Positions 47,197-57,153 of a stretch of 64,000 nt of DNA are shown here, one piece after another. The DNA is from Bacillota bacterium. GTDB taxonomy: Bacteria; Bacillota_I; Bacilli_A; Erysipelotrichales; Coprobacillaceae. A program made the translations under genes and the position numbers. The number at the start of each line of letters is the position of its first letter. The first letter of the stretch is position 1. Under the pieces are notes generated by a model that saw only the letters and a program-made list of their open reading frames with translations, was not told the origin of the DNA and did not search any database. The stretch covers positions 28,598 to 92,597 of the forward strand of contig JAUNWT010000001.1 in NCBI GenBank assembly GCA_030540195.1, in the 5' to 3' direction.

Positions 47197-48024
47197 ATGT
47201 ATCGTATCATGTTTTCAGATTTAGATGAAACTTTATTAGTAAATCATCATGTACCAAAAGTGAATCAAGAAGCTATTTTAAAAGCAAGAGAAAAAGGATT
47301 AAAGTTTGTTCCTTGTACTGGAAGAGCATTTAATATGATTCCAGAAATTTTAAAGGAAATTGGAACCTATGATCAAGAAGGGGAATATTCTCTATGTTTT
47401 AATGGGGGCTTGATTGTTGAAAATAAAAATAACAAAGTTCTTCATTTTAAAGGACTAGAATTTGATTTGGCGAAAGAAATATTTGAAAATGCTAGAAATC
47501 TAGATGTTTGTGTCCTTGTTTTTACCTTAGATTGTTGCTATATCTTCCATGCTGATGAAAACGAAATTGAAAGAAAAATAGCACAAAAAGCAAAATTTGA
47601 AGTAATTGAAGATTATAATTTAGATTTTTTAAAGGATGAAAAAATTGCGAAGATTCTTTATGAAAAAAGAGATATGGAATTTTTAAAAAGTTTAGAAACA
47701 AAATTACCACAAAAAATCAAAGAATCATGTAGTGTAGCTTTTTCAAGTGGACGTTATATGGAAATGAACACAAAAGGTGTTGATAAAGGCTATGGAATGC
47801 GTTGGCTTGTAAATTATTTAGGCTATGATATGGATGAAACCATTGGTATTGGTGATAATTATAATGATGTTGAAATGATAAAAACGGCAAAGCTTGGTTG
47901 TGCTGTGGCTTGTGCAAATGATGATATTAAAGAACTCGCTCAATATGTGACAAAAAAAGATTATGATGAAGGGGCAGTGAGTGAAGTTATTGAAAAATTT
48001 ATTTTAGGAGAAAATCATGAATAG
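47197..48024 (+). CDS. Cof-type HAD-IIB family hydrolase
   Basis: ORF track 47182..48024. ATG 47197 preferred (GGGGGAAAG SD). Motif I FSDLDETL, motif IV GIGDNYNDVEM. Confidence 0.85.
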   Translation: MYRIMFSDLDETLLVNHHVPKVNQEAILKAREKGLKFVPCTGRAFNMIPEILKEIGTYDQEGEYSLCFNGGLIVENKNNKVLHFKGLEFDLAKEIFENARNLDVCVLVFTLDCCYIFHADENEIERKIAQKAKFEVIEDYNLDFLKDEKIAKILYEKRDMEFLKSLETKLPQKIKESCSVAFSSGRYMEMNTKGVDKGYGMRWLVNYLGYDMDETIGIGDNYNDVEMIKTAKLGCAVACANDDIKELAQYVTKKDYDEGAVSEVIEKFILGENHE

Positions 48025-48676
48025 ATTTAAAATGATTGTAGAAATTGAATCACAAAAAGAATATTATCAAAAATTACATAAAATCATTGATCAAGAATAT
48101 CAAACAAAAACCATTTATCCACCGAAACAACAAATATTTAGAGCATTAAATCTTTGTGACTTTGATGATGTCAAAGTTGTCATATTAGGACAAGATCCTT
48201 ATCATGAACCTCATCAAGCCAATGGTCTTGCTTTTTCTGTGACAAAAGATGTGCGCATTCCACCAAGTCTTGTCAATATTTATAAAGAAATACATGATGA
48301 TTTAGGATTACCTATTCCAAATCATGGTGATTTAACATATTGGGCAAAACAAGGTGTTTTATTACTTAATAATGTTTTAACGGTAGAAAGAGGGAAAGCG
48401 AATTCACATAAAGGACTTGGTTGGGAAACTTTTACTTTAAATGTCGTACGTTATTTAAATGAAAGAGAAAAACCACTTGTCTTTATTCTTTGGGGAAAGA
48501 ATGCAATTGAAAAGAAAAAATACATTGATTCAAGACATCTTGTTTTAACAAGTGTTCATCCTTCTCCTTTATCAGCTTATCGTGGTTTCTTTGGCTCACG
48601 TCCTTTTTCTAAAACAAATGATTTTTTAATTAAAAATGGGATGACACCAATTGATTGGAGTATCCCTAATGTTTAA
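48017..48676 (+). CDS. ung: Uracil-DNA glycosylase
   Basis: 219 aa. Catalytic water-activating loop GQDPYH, plus LLLNNVLTV and HPSPLSA motifs. Confidence 0.95.
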   Translation: MNRFKMIVEIESQKEYYQKLHKIIDQEYQTKTIYPPKQQIFRALNLCDFDDVKVVILGQDPYHEPHQANGLAFSVTKDVRIPPSLVNIYKEIHDDLGLPIPNHGDLTYWAKQGVLLLNNVLTVERGKANSHKGLGWETFTLNVVRYLNEREKPLVFILWGKNAIEKKKYIDSRHLVLTSVHPSPLSAYRGFFGSRPFSKTNDFLIKNGMTPIDWSIPNV

Positions 48677-49817
48677 GACAATTGAAGAAGCTTTAACTTT
48701 TATTGAATCACAAAGAGTAAAGCGCTCTTTTGAAGATTTTCAAAAGATTGTAGATAGATATCATTTTAATGTGAATTTAAAAAATGTAATTCATGTTGCA
48801 GGAACGAATGGAAAAGGCTCAACTGTAACTTTCATTAAAGATTTATTAATGACACAAGGTTACCATGTAGGAACTTTTACCTCACCTTATATTATTAAGC
48901 ATAATGAAAGAATAGCAGTTGATGGAAAACCAATCAGTGATTTAGATTTATTAAGACTTATTAATCAACTTTATCCAGTTATAGAAAAAGAACATCTTTC
49001 GATGTTTGAAATAGATACTCTTATTATGCTTTCTTATTTCAATGAACTTGATTTAGATTACCATGTTATTGAATGTGGTATCGGTGGGCTCAACGATAAA
49101 ACCAATGTGATTCAAAGTAAGATTGCGGTAATCACAAATATTGGTTATGATCATCAATTTATGTTAGGAAATACGCTTTTAGACATCGCTTGTCATAAAG
49201 CAGGAATTATTAAAGAAGGAGTTCCTTTATTTACCACAGAGAAAAATCAAGAAATTTTAGCTTATTTTCAAAATGTGTGCAAAGAAAAACAAAGTGCTTT
49301 TTATCATGTAAAAGCTATAAGCAATCATCATTATCCTTATCAAATTGTTTTTGAAGAAAATAAATATCAGCTTTATTTACCATCATATCAAGTAGATAAT
49401 TTATTACTTGCTTTGCATGTGGTTTCTTCATTGATAGAATTAAAAAAAGAAGAGATTCAAAGTGTTATTGATCATTTTATGTGGCCTTGCCGTTTTGAAC
49501 AATTTGGCTCTATTTATTTAGATGGTGCGCATAATATCAATGGAATTATGGCTTTGATTGAAACAATCAAGGAAAGAAATTTAGAAGATGTAGGCATTGT
49601 TTTTAGTTCTTTAATGGATAAAGATGGGACAGAAATGTTGGAGTTATTAAAGGATTATGATGTGATGCTTGCTGATTTTGAAGATGAAAGAAGTCAAGGG
49701 GGACATCTTCCTTATCAAGAAGTAATTTCAATAATGAAAGAAAAACATAAAAATGTTGTTGTGACAGGATCACTTCATTTTGTTTCAACAGTTCGTAAAT
49801 ATGTAATAAGTGCGTAA
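48669..49817 (+). CDS. folC: Folylpolyglutamate synthase / dihydrofolate synthase
   Basis: ORF track 48651..49817. ATG 48669 preferred (TGGAG SD). Mur-ligase P-loop HVAGTNGKGST. Confidence 0.85.
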   Translation: MFKTIEEALTFIESQRVKRSFEDFQKIVDRYHFNVNLKNVIHVAGTNGKGSTVTFIKDLLMTQGYHVGTFTSPYIIKHNERIAVDGKPISDLDLLRLINQLYPVIEKEHLSMFEIDTLIMLSYFNELDLDYHVIECGIGGLNDKTNVIQSKIAVITNIGYDHQFMLGNTLLDIACHKAGIIKEGVPLFTTEKNQEILAYFQNVCKEKQSAFYHVKAISNHHYPYQIVFEENKYQLYLPSYQVDNLLLALHVVSSLIELKKEEIQSVIDHFMWPCRFEQFGSIYLDGAHNINGIMALIETIKERNLEDVGIVFSSLMDKDGTEMLELLKDYDVMLADFEDERSQGGHLPYQEVISIMKEKHKNVVVTGSLHFVSTVRKYVISA

Positions 49818-49829
49818 GCACTTATTTTA
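49806..49829. terminator. Shared hairpin between convergent folC and gerQ
   Basis: ATAAGTGC-GTAA-GCACTTAT, an 8-bp stem followed by TTTT. The folC TAA (49815-49817) lies in the loop and the gerQ stop (49822-49824) lies in the stem. Confidence 0.5.
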
Positions 49830-50154
49830 CTTTATGTTGATAATCTAAAGGTTCATCAAATTCAGCCCATAGTAAGTAAACAAGCAGTAACATAATTGTT
49901 TGACCTGTTTCGGTAACAATAATGAAATGATCTCTTCCAGCTTGTTGAATGGTTCCAGTATAGATTTTATCATTCCATGTTTTAGAACCGGTATAGCTGA
50001 AATAAAAAGTTCCTTTTTTACCAACATTGACTCTTAAAATGTTTTCAACATAGGTTTGTTCTACTGGTTGCGTAGGTGGAGTTGGTGTTTCTTGTCGCGT
50101 TGGTATTTCTTCCTCTTTAACTAAATAAGGGTTTAAATCATCAAAATAATCCAT
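49822..50154 (-). CDS. gerQ: Spore coat protein GerQ
   Basis: 110 aa. YVENILRVNVGKKGTFYFSY...GTIQQAGRDHFII is a GerQ/YwdL pattern. Immediately downstream of cwlJ, as in Bacillus. Confidence 0.8.
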   Translation of the reverse strand: MDYFDDLNPYLVKEEEIPTRQETPTPPTQPVEQTYVENILRVNVGKKGTFYFSYTGSKTWNDKIYTGTIQQAGRDHFIIVTETGQTIMLLLVYLLWAEFDEPLDYQHKVK

Positions 50155-50163
50155 AGAAGCCTC

Positions 50164-50583
50164 CTATAAATCACAATTATCTTTTAAACCTGGATTGTAA
50201 AAACAATGTTTTTTATATCTTCCTGAAAATCTTCCAAAGAAAGTTTCTGGACAATCGACATTCGTTCCAGGATTTTTAAACCATAAGGCGTTCGTGGCAG
50301 GTTCATTTCGATAGCCATTGATACAACGTAAGGCAATGGCTTTTTCATTTTGGTTAACGGGTTCATTAAAAAGGGGTTGGCCTACGCCAGCAAATTGATT
50401 TGTTTGATAAATTACTTCACTTAACGTTCTTACATTTCTAAAAATATCACAATTTGCGACAACACGATTGACAACGACATTTCCTACAAGTAACATCCCT
50501 TCTTCGCCCTCCCCTAAAGCTTCAGATTTTATCAATCTTGCTAAAAGTTCGACTTCTTTTTCGGTATATGAAATTCTGGCCAT
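50164..50583 (-). CDS. cwlJ: Cell wall hydrolase CwlJ/SleB catalytic-domain protein
   Basis: 139 aa. ELLARLIKSEALGEGEEGMLLVGNVVVNRV and YQTNQFAGV motifs of the Hydrolase_2 family. SD GAGGTGAAAA. Confidence 0.85.
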   Translation of the reverse strand: MARISYTEKEVELLARLIKSEALGEGEEGMLLVGNVVVNRVVANCDIFRNVRTLSEVIYQTNQFAGVGQPLFNEPVNQNEKAIALRCINGYRNEPATNALWFKNPGTNVDCPETFFGRFSGRYKKHCFYNPGLKDNCDL

Positions 50584-50735
50584 GTTTTCACCTCAAAATA
50601 ATTTATGATAATCCTTTCAATTTATGCTTAAAATGGAGTACAATTAAATTAGCCTAAAAATTTAGTCTATATTTATGAAAATCTTTAATAATTCCGTGAA
50701 TTATATAGGAATTTATGATAAGATAATTATATAGA

Positions 50736-50749
50736 TTAAAGCGCTTACA
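50736..50749. promoter_or_regulatory. cre-like site upstream of glgC
   Basis: The reverse complement TGTAAGCGCTTTAA matches TGWAANCGNTNWCA at 13 of 14 positions. It lies 24 nt upstream of the glgC start codon. Confidence 0.45.
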
Positions 50750-50772
50750 TTTTTGTATAGGAGGAGTTAAAA

Positions 50773-51900
50773 ATGGGAAAAGAAATTGTCGCTATGATTT
50801 TAGCTGGAGGTCGTGGAACACGTTTAAAAGAACTAACAGCAAAAGTCGCAAAACCGGCAGTTCACTTTGGGGGGAAATATAGAATTATTGACTTCCCTCT
50901 TAGTAACTGTGCAAATTCAGGGATTGATATTGTAGGTGTACTTACACAATATGAATCTGTATTACTTGGAACTTATGTAGGAGCAGGTACAAAATGGGGA
51001 TTAGATGGAGCAAACTCACTTGCTGCAATCTTACCTGCACGTGAAAGAGATGAAGTTGGAGCTACATGGTATGCTGGTACTGCTGATGCCATCTATCAAA
51101 ACTTAGATTTCTTAGATCGTTATGACCCAGAATATGTTTTAATTTTATCAGGTGACCATATTTATAAAATGGAATATGATCAAATGTTAGAAGCTCACAA
51201 ACAACGTGGTGCAGATGCTACCATTGCGGTATTAAATGTATCACTTAAAGAAGCAAGTCGTTTTGGTATCATGAATGCTCATGAAGATGGAACAATCTAT
51301 GAATTCGAAGAAAAACCAGAACATCCAAAATCAACTTTAGCATCAATGGGTATTTATATCTTTACTTACAAACAATTACGTAAATACTTAGTTGCTGATG
51401 CAAAAGATAAAGATAGTAAACATGACTTTGGTATGAATATCATTCCAGCAATGTTAAATGACAATAAAAAACTTTATGCTTGGGAATTTGATGGATATTG
51501 GAAAGATGTTGGTACTGTGGATAGTTTATGGGAAGCAAACATGGACTTACTTAAAGATAAAGATTTAGATTTATATAATATCAAAAAAGATTGGAAAATC
51601 TATACTGAAGACACTTTAGGAAAACCTCAAATTATCGGTGAAAAGGCTGATGTTAAAAATTCTCTTGTAACTCAAGGGTGTATGGTAAATGGAACAGTAG
51701 AAGGATCTGTTTTATTTAATAATGTCAATGTTGGTGAAGGAGCAAAAGTTGTTGACTCTGTATTAATGCCAGGTGTTCTTGTAGAAGAAGGGGCAGAAAT
51801 TTATAAAGCCATTATTGATGAAAATGTAGTTGTTAAAGCTGGAACTGTCATTAATTCAGAAGCTAAAGAAGTTGAATTAGTGAGCGATAATAGTAGATAG
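50773..51900 (+). CDS. glgC: Glucose-1-phosphate adenylyltransferase, catalytic subunit
   Basis: 375 aa. [15 protein letters not shown] nucleotidyltransferase motif. C-terminal left-handed beta-helix repeats. Confidence 0.95.
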   Translation: MGKEIVAMILAGGRGTRLKELTAKVAKPAVHFGGKYRIIDFPLSNCANSGIDIVGVLTQYESVLLGTYVGAGTKWGLDGANSLAAILPARERDEVGATWYAGTADAIYQNLDFLDRYDPEYVLILSGDHIYKMEYDQMLEAHKQRGADATIAVLNVSLKEASRFGIMNAHEDGTIYEFEEKPEHPKSTLASMGIYIFTYKQLRKYLVADAKDKDSKHDFGMNIIPAMLNDNKKLYAWEFDGYWKDVGTVDSLWEANMDLLKDKDLDLYNIKKDWKIYTEDTLGKPQIIGEKADVKNSLVTQGCMVNGTVEGSVLFNNVNVGEGAKVVDSVLMPGVLVEEGAEIYKAIIDENVVVKAGTVINSEAKEVELVSDNSR

Positions 51901-51914
51901 AGGGGGAAGTAAAG

Positions 51915-53027
51915 ATGGCAAAAGTTATTGGTTTAGTAAACTTACATTCAGATATAGAATTTGCAGGATTGACAGAAAGAAGACCAGTGGCCTCTGTAAG
52001 CTTCCTTGGTCGTTATGGAATTATTGACTTTGTTTTATCAAATATGTCAAATTCAAAAATTGATGCAGTTGGGGTTATGATTCAACAAAAACCTCGTTCA
52101 TTATTTAAACATTTAGGAAATGGTAATTCATGGAACTTCAACCAAAAAGCTGGGGGTGTTTCATTACTTTATAATGAAAAATATGCCAATGATCCTAAAT
52201 ACAATCATGATATCAACAACTTAGTTGAAAATATTCATTTCTTAGAAACAAGTAATTCAGATTATGTAGTAATTGCCCCAGCACATATTATTACAACAAT
52301 GGATTACAATGACGTCATTACAGCTCATGAAAAATCAGGAGCTACAATTACAATGACTTACCGTAAAGCAAAAGATGCAGATGTTGCTTGGGTTGGATGT
52401 GATGTTTTAGATATTGATAAAGATGGTTTATTAACTGGTAAAACAATTAATAAAGGAACAAGAAAAAGACAAAATATTTCATTAGAAACTTATGTAATTA
52501 ATACTAAAGAATTGTTAGAAATTATGAAAAAAGCACATAAGATTTCTGCATTCTATGATTTAAAAGATATTTTAGGATATCTATGTGATGAAAAACAAAT
52601 TCATACTTATGAATACAAAGGATATGCACGTTGTTTAGATTCTACAGCTGCTTATTTCAAATACTCACTAGAAATGTTGGATATTGATATTTCTTCACGT
52701 GTCTTTAAATCAAATTGGCCAATTTATACAAATACAAATGATACTCCACCAACTAAATACTTAGAAAATGCGAAAGTGAAAAAATCATTCGTTGCTAATG
52801 GTACAGTTATTGATGGTACAATTGAAAATAGTATTATTGGTCGTGAAGTTATTATTGGAAAAGGTGCGGTTATTAAAAACTGTGTTATTTTCTCAGGTTC
52901 TAAAATTGCACCAAATGCTGTATTAGAAAACGTTATTATTGATAAACGTGCAAAAGTTGAAAAGAAATTAGAATTAAAAGGAACAGAAAATAATCCACTT
53001 TACATTAAAGAAGGAGATCGTGTTTAA
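51915..53027 (+). CDS. glgD: Glucose-1-phosphate adenylyltransferase, GlgD subunit
   Basis: 370 aa paralog of GlgC lacking the GGxGxR motif (GLVNLHSD...RPVASVSFLGRYGIIDF). Positioned between glgC and glgA, as in Firmicutes. Confidence 0.9.
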   Translation: MAKVIGLVNLHSDIEFAGLTERRPVASVSFLGRYGIIDFVLSNMSNSKIDAVGVMIQQKPRSLFKHLGNGNSWNFNQKAGGVSLLYNEKYANDPKYNHDINNLVENIHFLETSNSDYVVIAPAHIITTMDYNDVITAHEKSGATITMTYRKAKDADVAWVGCDVLDIDKDGLLTGKTINKGTRKRQNISLETYVINTKELLEIMKKAHKISAFYDLKDILGYLCDEKQIHTYEYKGYARCLDSTAAYFKYSLEMLDIDISSRVFKSNWPIYTNTNDTPPTKYLENAKVKKSFVANGTVIDGTIENSIIGREVIIGKGAVIKNCVIFSGSKIAPNAVLENVIIDKRAKVEKKLELKGTENNPLYIKEGDRV

Positions 53028-54454
53028 TGAGAGTTATGTATGTTGCCAGTGAAGCTACTCCTTTTATTAAATCGGGTGGTTTAGCTGACGTTATTGGTTC
53101 ATTACCAAAGGAAACAGCTAAGAAAGATGTTGAAAGTATTGTTGTTATTCCTAAATATCAAGATATGAAATTTGTTGATCAAATTGAATATGTAACAAAC
53201 TTTGATATCTATATGGGATGGCGTAAACGTTATTGTGGTATTTTCAAAGCTGAAGTAGATGGTGTTACTTTCTATTTCATTGATAATGAACAATATTTTG
53301 GTAGACCTGGTTTATATGGCTATGATGATGACTATGAAAGATTTGCGTTCTTTGATTTTGCAGTCTTAGAATTAATCAGTCATTTGAATATTAAACCTGA
53401 TGTTTTACAATTAAATGATTGGCAAACAGCAATGATTGCGATGCTTTATAAGGAAAGATATTGTTATTATGATTATTATCAAAATATTAAAATTGTATTC
53501 ACAATTCACAATATTTTATTCCAAGGTAAAGCTGATCCAAAGCTTTTAGAAGAATTTTTCGCACTAGATAGCTATCTTTATTATAACGGTAACTGTCGTA
53601 ATGATGGATGTTTAAATATGATGAAAGCGGCAATTTTCTATAGTGATGTTATTACGACAGTTTCCCCTACTTATGCAAGGGAAATATTAACGGATCAATA
53701 TGGTGAAGGTTTACAATCAATTCTTGAAATGAGAAAACATGACCTTTATGGTATTTTAAATGGTGTTGATTATGATGTGATCAATCCAAGTAAAGATCAA
53801 ACAATTGTGAAAAAATATTCACCACGTTCTGTAAAAACAGGTAAATTAGAAAATAAACTTGCTTTACAAAGACAAGTTGGATTACCTGAAGATCCAGAAG
53901 TTGCTTTAATCGGTATTGTTACTCGACTTACAGAACAAAAAGGGCTTGATTTGATTATTAATCAATTTGAAGCAATGTGTCAAAGACGTGTTCAAATTAT
54001 TATCTTAGGATCAGGAGATCGTATGTATGAAGATGCATTAAAAGGTGCTGCTTGGGCACACCAAGATAAAGTTTCTTTCCAATGTAAATATGACTTTGTT
54101 TTATCAAATCGTATTTATGCCGGATGTGATATGTTCTTAATGCCTTCATTATTTGAACCATGTGGTTTATCACAAATGATGTCATTGAAATATGGAACAA
54201 TTCCTATTGTAAGAGAAACGGGTGGTTTGGCTGATAGTGTTCAACCATATAATGAATTTGAAGGTACAGGAACAGGATTTAGTTTCCATAACTATAATGC
54301 TCATGAAATGATGGATACTATTGATTATGCATTACATACATTCTATGATTATCCAGAATCATGGGATGCTATGGTACAAAGAGCTATGGCTGAAAAACTT
54401 GATTGGGATGCAAGTGCAGAACAATACATTCGTTTATTTGCTTCATTACTTTAA
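53027..54454 (+). CDS. glgA: Glycogen synthase (ADP-glucose type)
   Basis: 475 aa. N-terminal SEATPFIKSGGLADVIGSLP (KxGGL motif). GT5 family C-terminal region PSLFEPCGLSQM. Confidence 0.95.
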   Translation: MRVMYVASEATPFIKSGGLADVIGSLPKETAKKDVESIVVIPKYQDMKFVDQIEYVTNFDIYMGWRKRYCGIFKAEVDGVTFYFIDNEQYFGRPGLYGYDDDYERFAFFDFAVLELISHLNIKPDVLQLNDWQTAMIAMLYKERYCYYDYYQNIKIVFTIHNILFQGKADPKLLEEFFALDSYLYYNGNCRNDGCLNMMKAAIFYSDVITTVSPTYAREILTDQYGEGLQSILEMRKHDLYGILNGVDYDVINPSKDQTIVKKYSPRSVKTGKLENKLALQRQVGLPEDPEVALIGIVTRLTEQKGLDLIINQFEAMCQRRVQIIILGSGDRMYEDALKGAAWAHQDKVSFQCKYDFVLSNRIYAGCDMFLMPSLFEPCGLSQMMSLKYGTIPIVRETGGLADSVQPYNEFEGTGTGFSFHNYNAHEMMDTIDYALHTFYDYPESWDAMVQRAMAEKLDWDASAEQYIRLFASLL

Positions 54455-54459
54455 AATGA

Positions 54460-54489
54460 AAGTATCGGTTTTTGACCGATACTTTTTTT
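54460..54489 (+). terminator. Rho-independent terminator after glgA
   Basis: AGTATCGGT-TTTTG-ACCGATACT, a 9-bp stem followed by T7. Confidence 0.8.
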
Positions 54490-54621
54490 GTGAATAAGTA
54501 AAAAAAGAAAGTAATTTAGCAGTTTTATTAAGATTAATTATTCATTTTGGAACAAATTGGTCTTTACCTAGAGTTGTCAAAGTAGAGAAACTTGTGTAAA
54601 ATGTTAAAAAGAGGTGATGAT

Positions 54622-55143
54622 ATGAAAAACATAATAAAGTTAATGATGGTATTTATTTGTGTTGTTTCATTAGTTGCTTGTGGTAAAAAGGATGAAACGG
54701 TTTCTACAAATAAAGATGGAACTTTATATGAAGCAGGAGTAGGTGTTTCGTTTTATTATCCTAATGATTTTCAGTTATCCGAAACAGATAAAAGCGATGG
54801 AGTAACTCATTTTGTAAAAGAAAATCAAGTTTTATTTTATAAAGTTGAAAAGAATGACTATGATAATGATACAACTCAACTTTCAGAACTTTATAAAGGT
54901 GAATTAGAATCTGCAGGTGTATCTTCTTTAGAAGTGAAAACATCCGCTTTAGAAAGTGGTTTAAAGTGTTACGAATATAGAGGAAATTATGTTAAAAATG
55001 GTTTGAAGTTTATTCATTTAGTGTATTTTGATGATCAAAATACATACGTTTATGGATATGAAGCAAACGATAAAGATTTTAAAAAGAATTATAAGAGAAT
55101 GATTGTTTATTTGGAATCTTTTGCGAAAACATCAGGATTGTAA
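54622..55143 (+). CDS. Hypothetical lipoprotein
   Basis: ORF track 54592..55143. ATG 54622 preferred (AGAGGTGATGAT SD). Signal peptide with lipobox SLVAC. No recognisable domain. Confidence 0.6.
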   Translation: MKNIIKLMMVFICVVSLVACGKKDETVSTNKDGTLYEAGVGVSFYYPNDFQLSETDKSDGVTHFVKENQVLFYKVEKNDYDNDTTQLSELYKGELESAGVSSLEVKTSALESGLKCYEYRGNYVKNGLKFIHLVYFDDQNTYVYGYEANDKDFKKNYKRMIVYLESFAKTSGL

Positions 55144-55214
55144 AATTGTTATTTTGTGATAGAATTAAGTCAATAAAAATAAATTATAGGTAAGAGGAGT
55201 ATATAAAGGATATT

Positions 55215-55378
55215 TTTTAGAGAGGACATGAGGGTGGAAATTGTCTAAATGAATTTATAGAAATGCACTTACTTGAGTCTTTTGAAAAGAAAGAACGTTG
55301 ATTGCGTTAAGATCATCATAAAGCATCGTCTATCTGGTGGAAGAACACGTCAGTGTCTAGATAGTGAATGCTTTTTTT
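55215..55378 (+). promoter_or_regulatory. T-box leader (Cys specifier) with terminator, upstream of cysS
   Basis: AGAGA (55219-55223) and distal-loop-like GGTGGAA (55233-55239). Candidate specifier TGC followed by A (55264-55267). T-box-like CTGGTGGAAGAACACG (55334-55349), whose UGGA would pair with the UCCA end of tRNA-Cys (discriminator U73). Hairpin plus T7 ends at 55378. Confidence 0.65.
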
Positions 55379-55395
55379 GTTAGAAGGAGGAGCTT

Positions 55396-56733
55396 ATGAA
55401 ATTATTTAATACACTAACAAATAAAAAAGAAGAATTTAAACCTTTAAAAGAAGGTGAAGTAAGTATTTATGTATGTGGACCAACAGTTTATAACTATGTG
55501 CATATTGGAAATACAAGACCAATGATTGTTTTTGATGTTTTAAGAAGAATATTTGAATACCAAGGAAATAAAGTAACATTTGTTTCTAACTTTACTGATG
55601 TTGATGATAAAATCATAAAAGCTGCAAAACAAGAAGGAATTAGTGAAAAAGAATTAACTGATAAATATATTAAAGCTTATGAAGATGTAAGAAGAGATTT
55701 GAACTTAGAATTTCCTACTTATGCACCGCGAGTTACAGAAACAATGGATCAAATCATTTCATTTATTGAAAAACTTGTAGAAAAAGGATATGCCTATGAA
55801 GTTGATGGGGATGTTTATTTTAGAGTTTCTAAAGTAAAAGAATATGGTGAACTTTCAGGAATTAAGATTGAAGATCTTGTTGCTGGAGCAAGTGAACGTG
55901 TAGAAGATAAAGGTGTTAAAGAAGAGTCTACAGATTTTGCTTTATGGAAAAAAACAGATGAAGGTATTCAATTCGATAGTCCTTGGTCAAAAGGTAGACC
56001 AGGATGGCATACGGAATGTGTTGTTATGATCAACGATATCTTTGAAAATGGTAGAATTGATATTCATGGTGGAGGACAAGATTTAAAATTCCCACATCAT
56101 GAAAATGAAATTGCGCAATCAAGAGCGCTTAATGGTCATCCGATTGCTGATACATGGATGCACAATCAAATGATCAATATTAATAATGAAAAGATGTCTA
56201 AATCTTTAGGTAATGTTATTTGGGCTAAAGATTTAATTAAAGAACTTGGATGTAATGTATATAAATGGTTTATGCTATCAAGTCATTATCGTAATCCTTT
56301 AAATATGACAAATGAAATTATTGAAGGTGTTAAAAAAGAAGTTGCTAAAGTAGAAAATGTTTTAAAACAAACTTCTCTTTATCTACAAGTTAATCATGTA
56401 GAAGAAAGTGATTATAATAAAGAAACAGTAGATCGTATGGTGGATGCTTTATCTGATGATTTAAATACTTCTTTAGCTTTAACTGAAATCTTAAATCAAG
56501 TAAAAGTATTAAACCAAGTAATGCGTGTTAAAGAAAAAGATTCAACTCTTATTTCTAAAGAATATCAAACTTTATTGAAAATGTGTGATGTGATTGGTTT
56601 TGTTTTCAAACCAAAACAATTAGATGATGAAGAATTATCTACTTATAAACAATGGTTAGATGCTAAAGCTGAAAAAGACTTTGAAAAAGCAGATCAATAT
56701 CGTGATATTTTAATAAAGAAAGGAATTATTTAA
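55396..56733 (+). CDS. cysS: Cysteine--tRNA ligase
   Basis: 445 aa. HIGH motif as VHIGNTRP and KMSKS motif EKMSKSLGN. SD GAAGGAGGAG. Confidence 0.95.
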   Translation: MKLFNTLTNKKEEFKPLKEGEVSIYVCGPTVYNYVHIGNTRPMIVFDVLRRIFEYQGNKVTFVSNFTDVDDKIIKAAKQEGISEKELTDKYIKAYEDVRRDLNLEFPTYAPRVTETMDQIISFIEKLVEKGYAYEVDGDVYFRVSKVKEYGELSGIKIEDLVAGASERVEDKGVKEESTDFALWKKTDEGIQFDSPWSKGRPGWHTECVVMINDIFENGRIDIHGGGQDLKFPHHENEIAQSRALNGHPIADTWMHNQMININNEKMSKSLGNVIWAKDLIKELGCNVYKWFMLSSHYRNPLNMTNEIIEGVKKEVAKVENVLKQTSLYLQVNHVEESDYNKETVDRMVDALSDDLNTSLALTEILNQVKVLNQVMRVKEKDSTLISKEYQTLLKMCDVIGFVFKPKQLDDEELSTYKQWLDAKAEKDFEKADQYRDILIKKGII

Positions 56734-57122
56734 TGAATCCAGACTTTATAAATCCTCTTGTTCTTGCTTATTTAGGTGATAGTGTTTTAGAACTTTTAGT
56801 AAGAGAATATCTTATTAAAAATGATCTACAAAAAGTAAATGAGCTTTATCAAAAAGCAACACATTATGTAAGTAGTAAAGCTCATGAAGATTTTATCTTG
56901 TATATTTTAGAACAAAATTTTTTAACAGAAAAAGAAGTTGGTATTTTTAAAAGAGGAAGAAATACAAAAACCAATAAAAGAGATACGAAAGAACATCGTT
57001 ATTCAACAGGGTTTGAATGTCTAATTGGTTATTTATATTTGAATGATCAACAAGAGAGAATCTATGAAATCTTTGATGAGTTCAAAAAAAGAGTGAATGA
57101 ACTCGAAAATGAAGAAATTTGA
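56733..57122 (+). CDS. mrnC: Mini-ribonuclease 3
   Basis: 129 aa. LAYLGDSVLELLVREYL RNase III-like signature. Conserved position after cysS. Confidence 0.85.
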   Translation: MNPDFINPLVLAYLGDSVLELLVREYLIKNDLQKVNELYQKATHYVSSKAHEDFILYILEQNFLTEKEVGIFKRGRNTKTNKRDTKEHRYSTGFECLIGYLYLNDQQERIYEIFDEFKKRVNELENEEI

Positions 57123-57153
57123 CACAAATTTGAGACAAAAAATGGAGAAAAAT

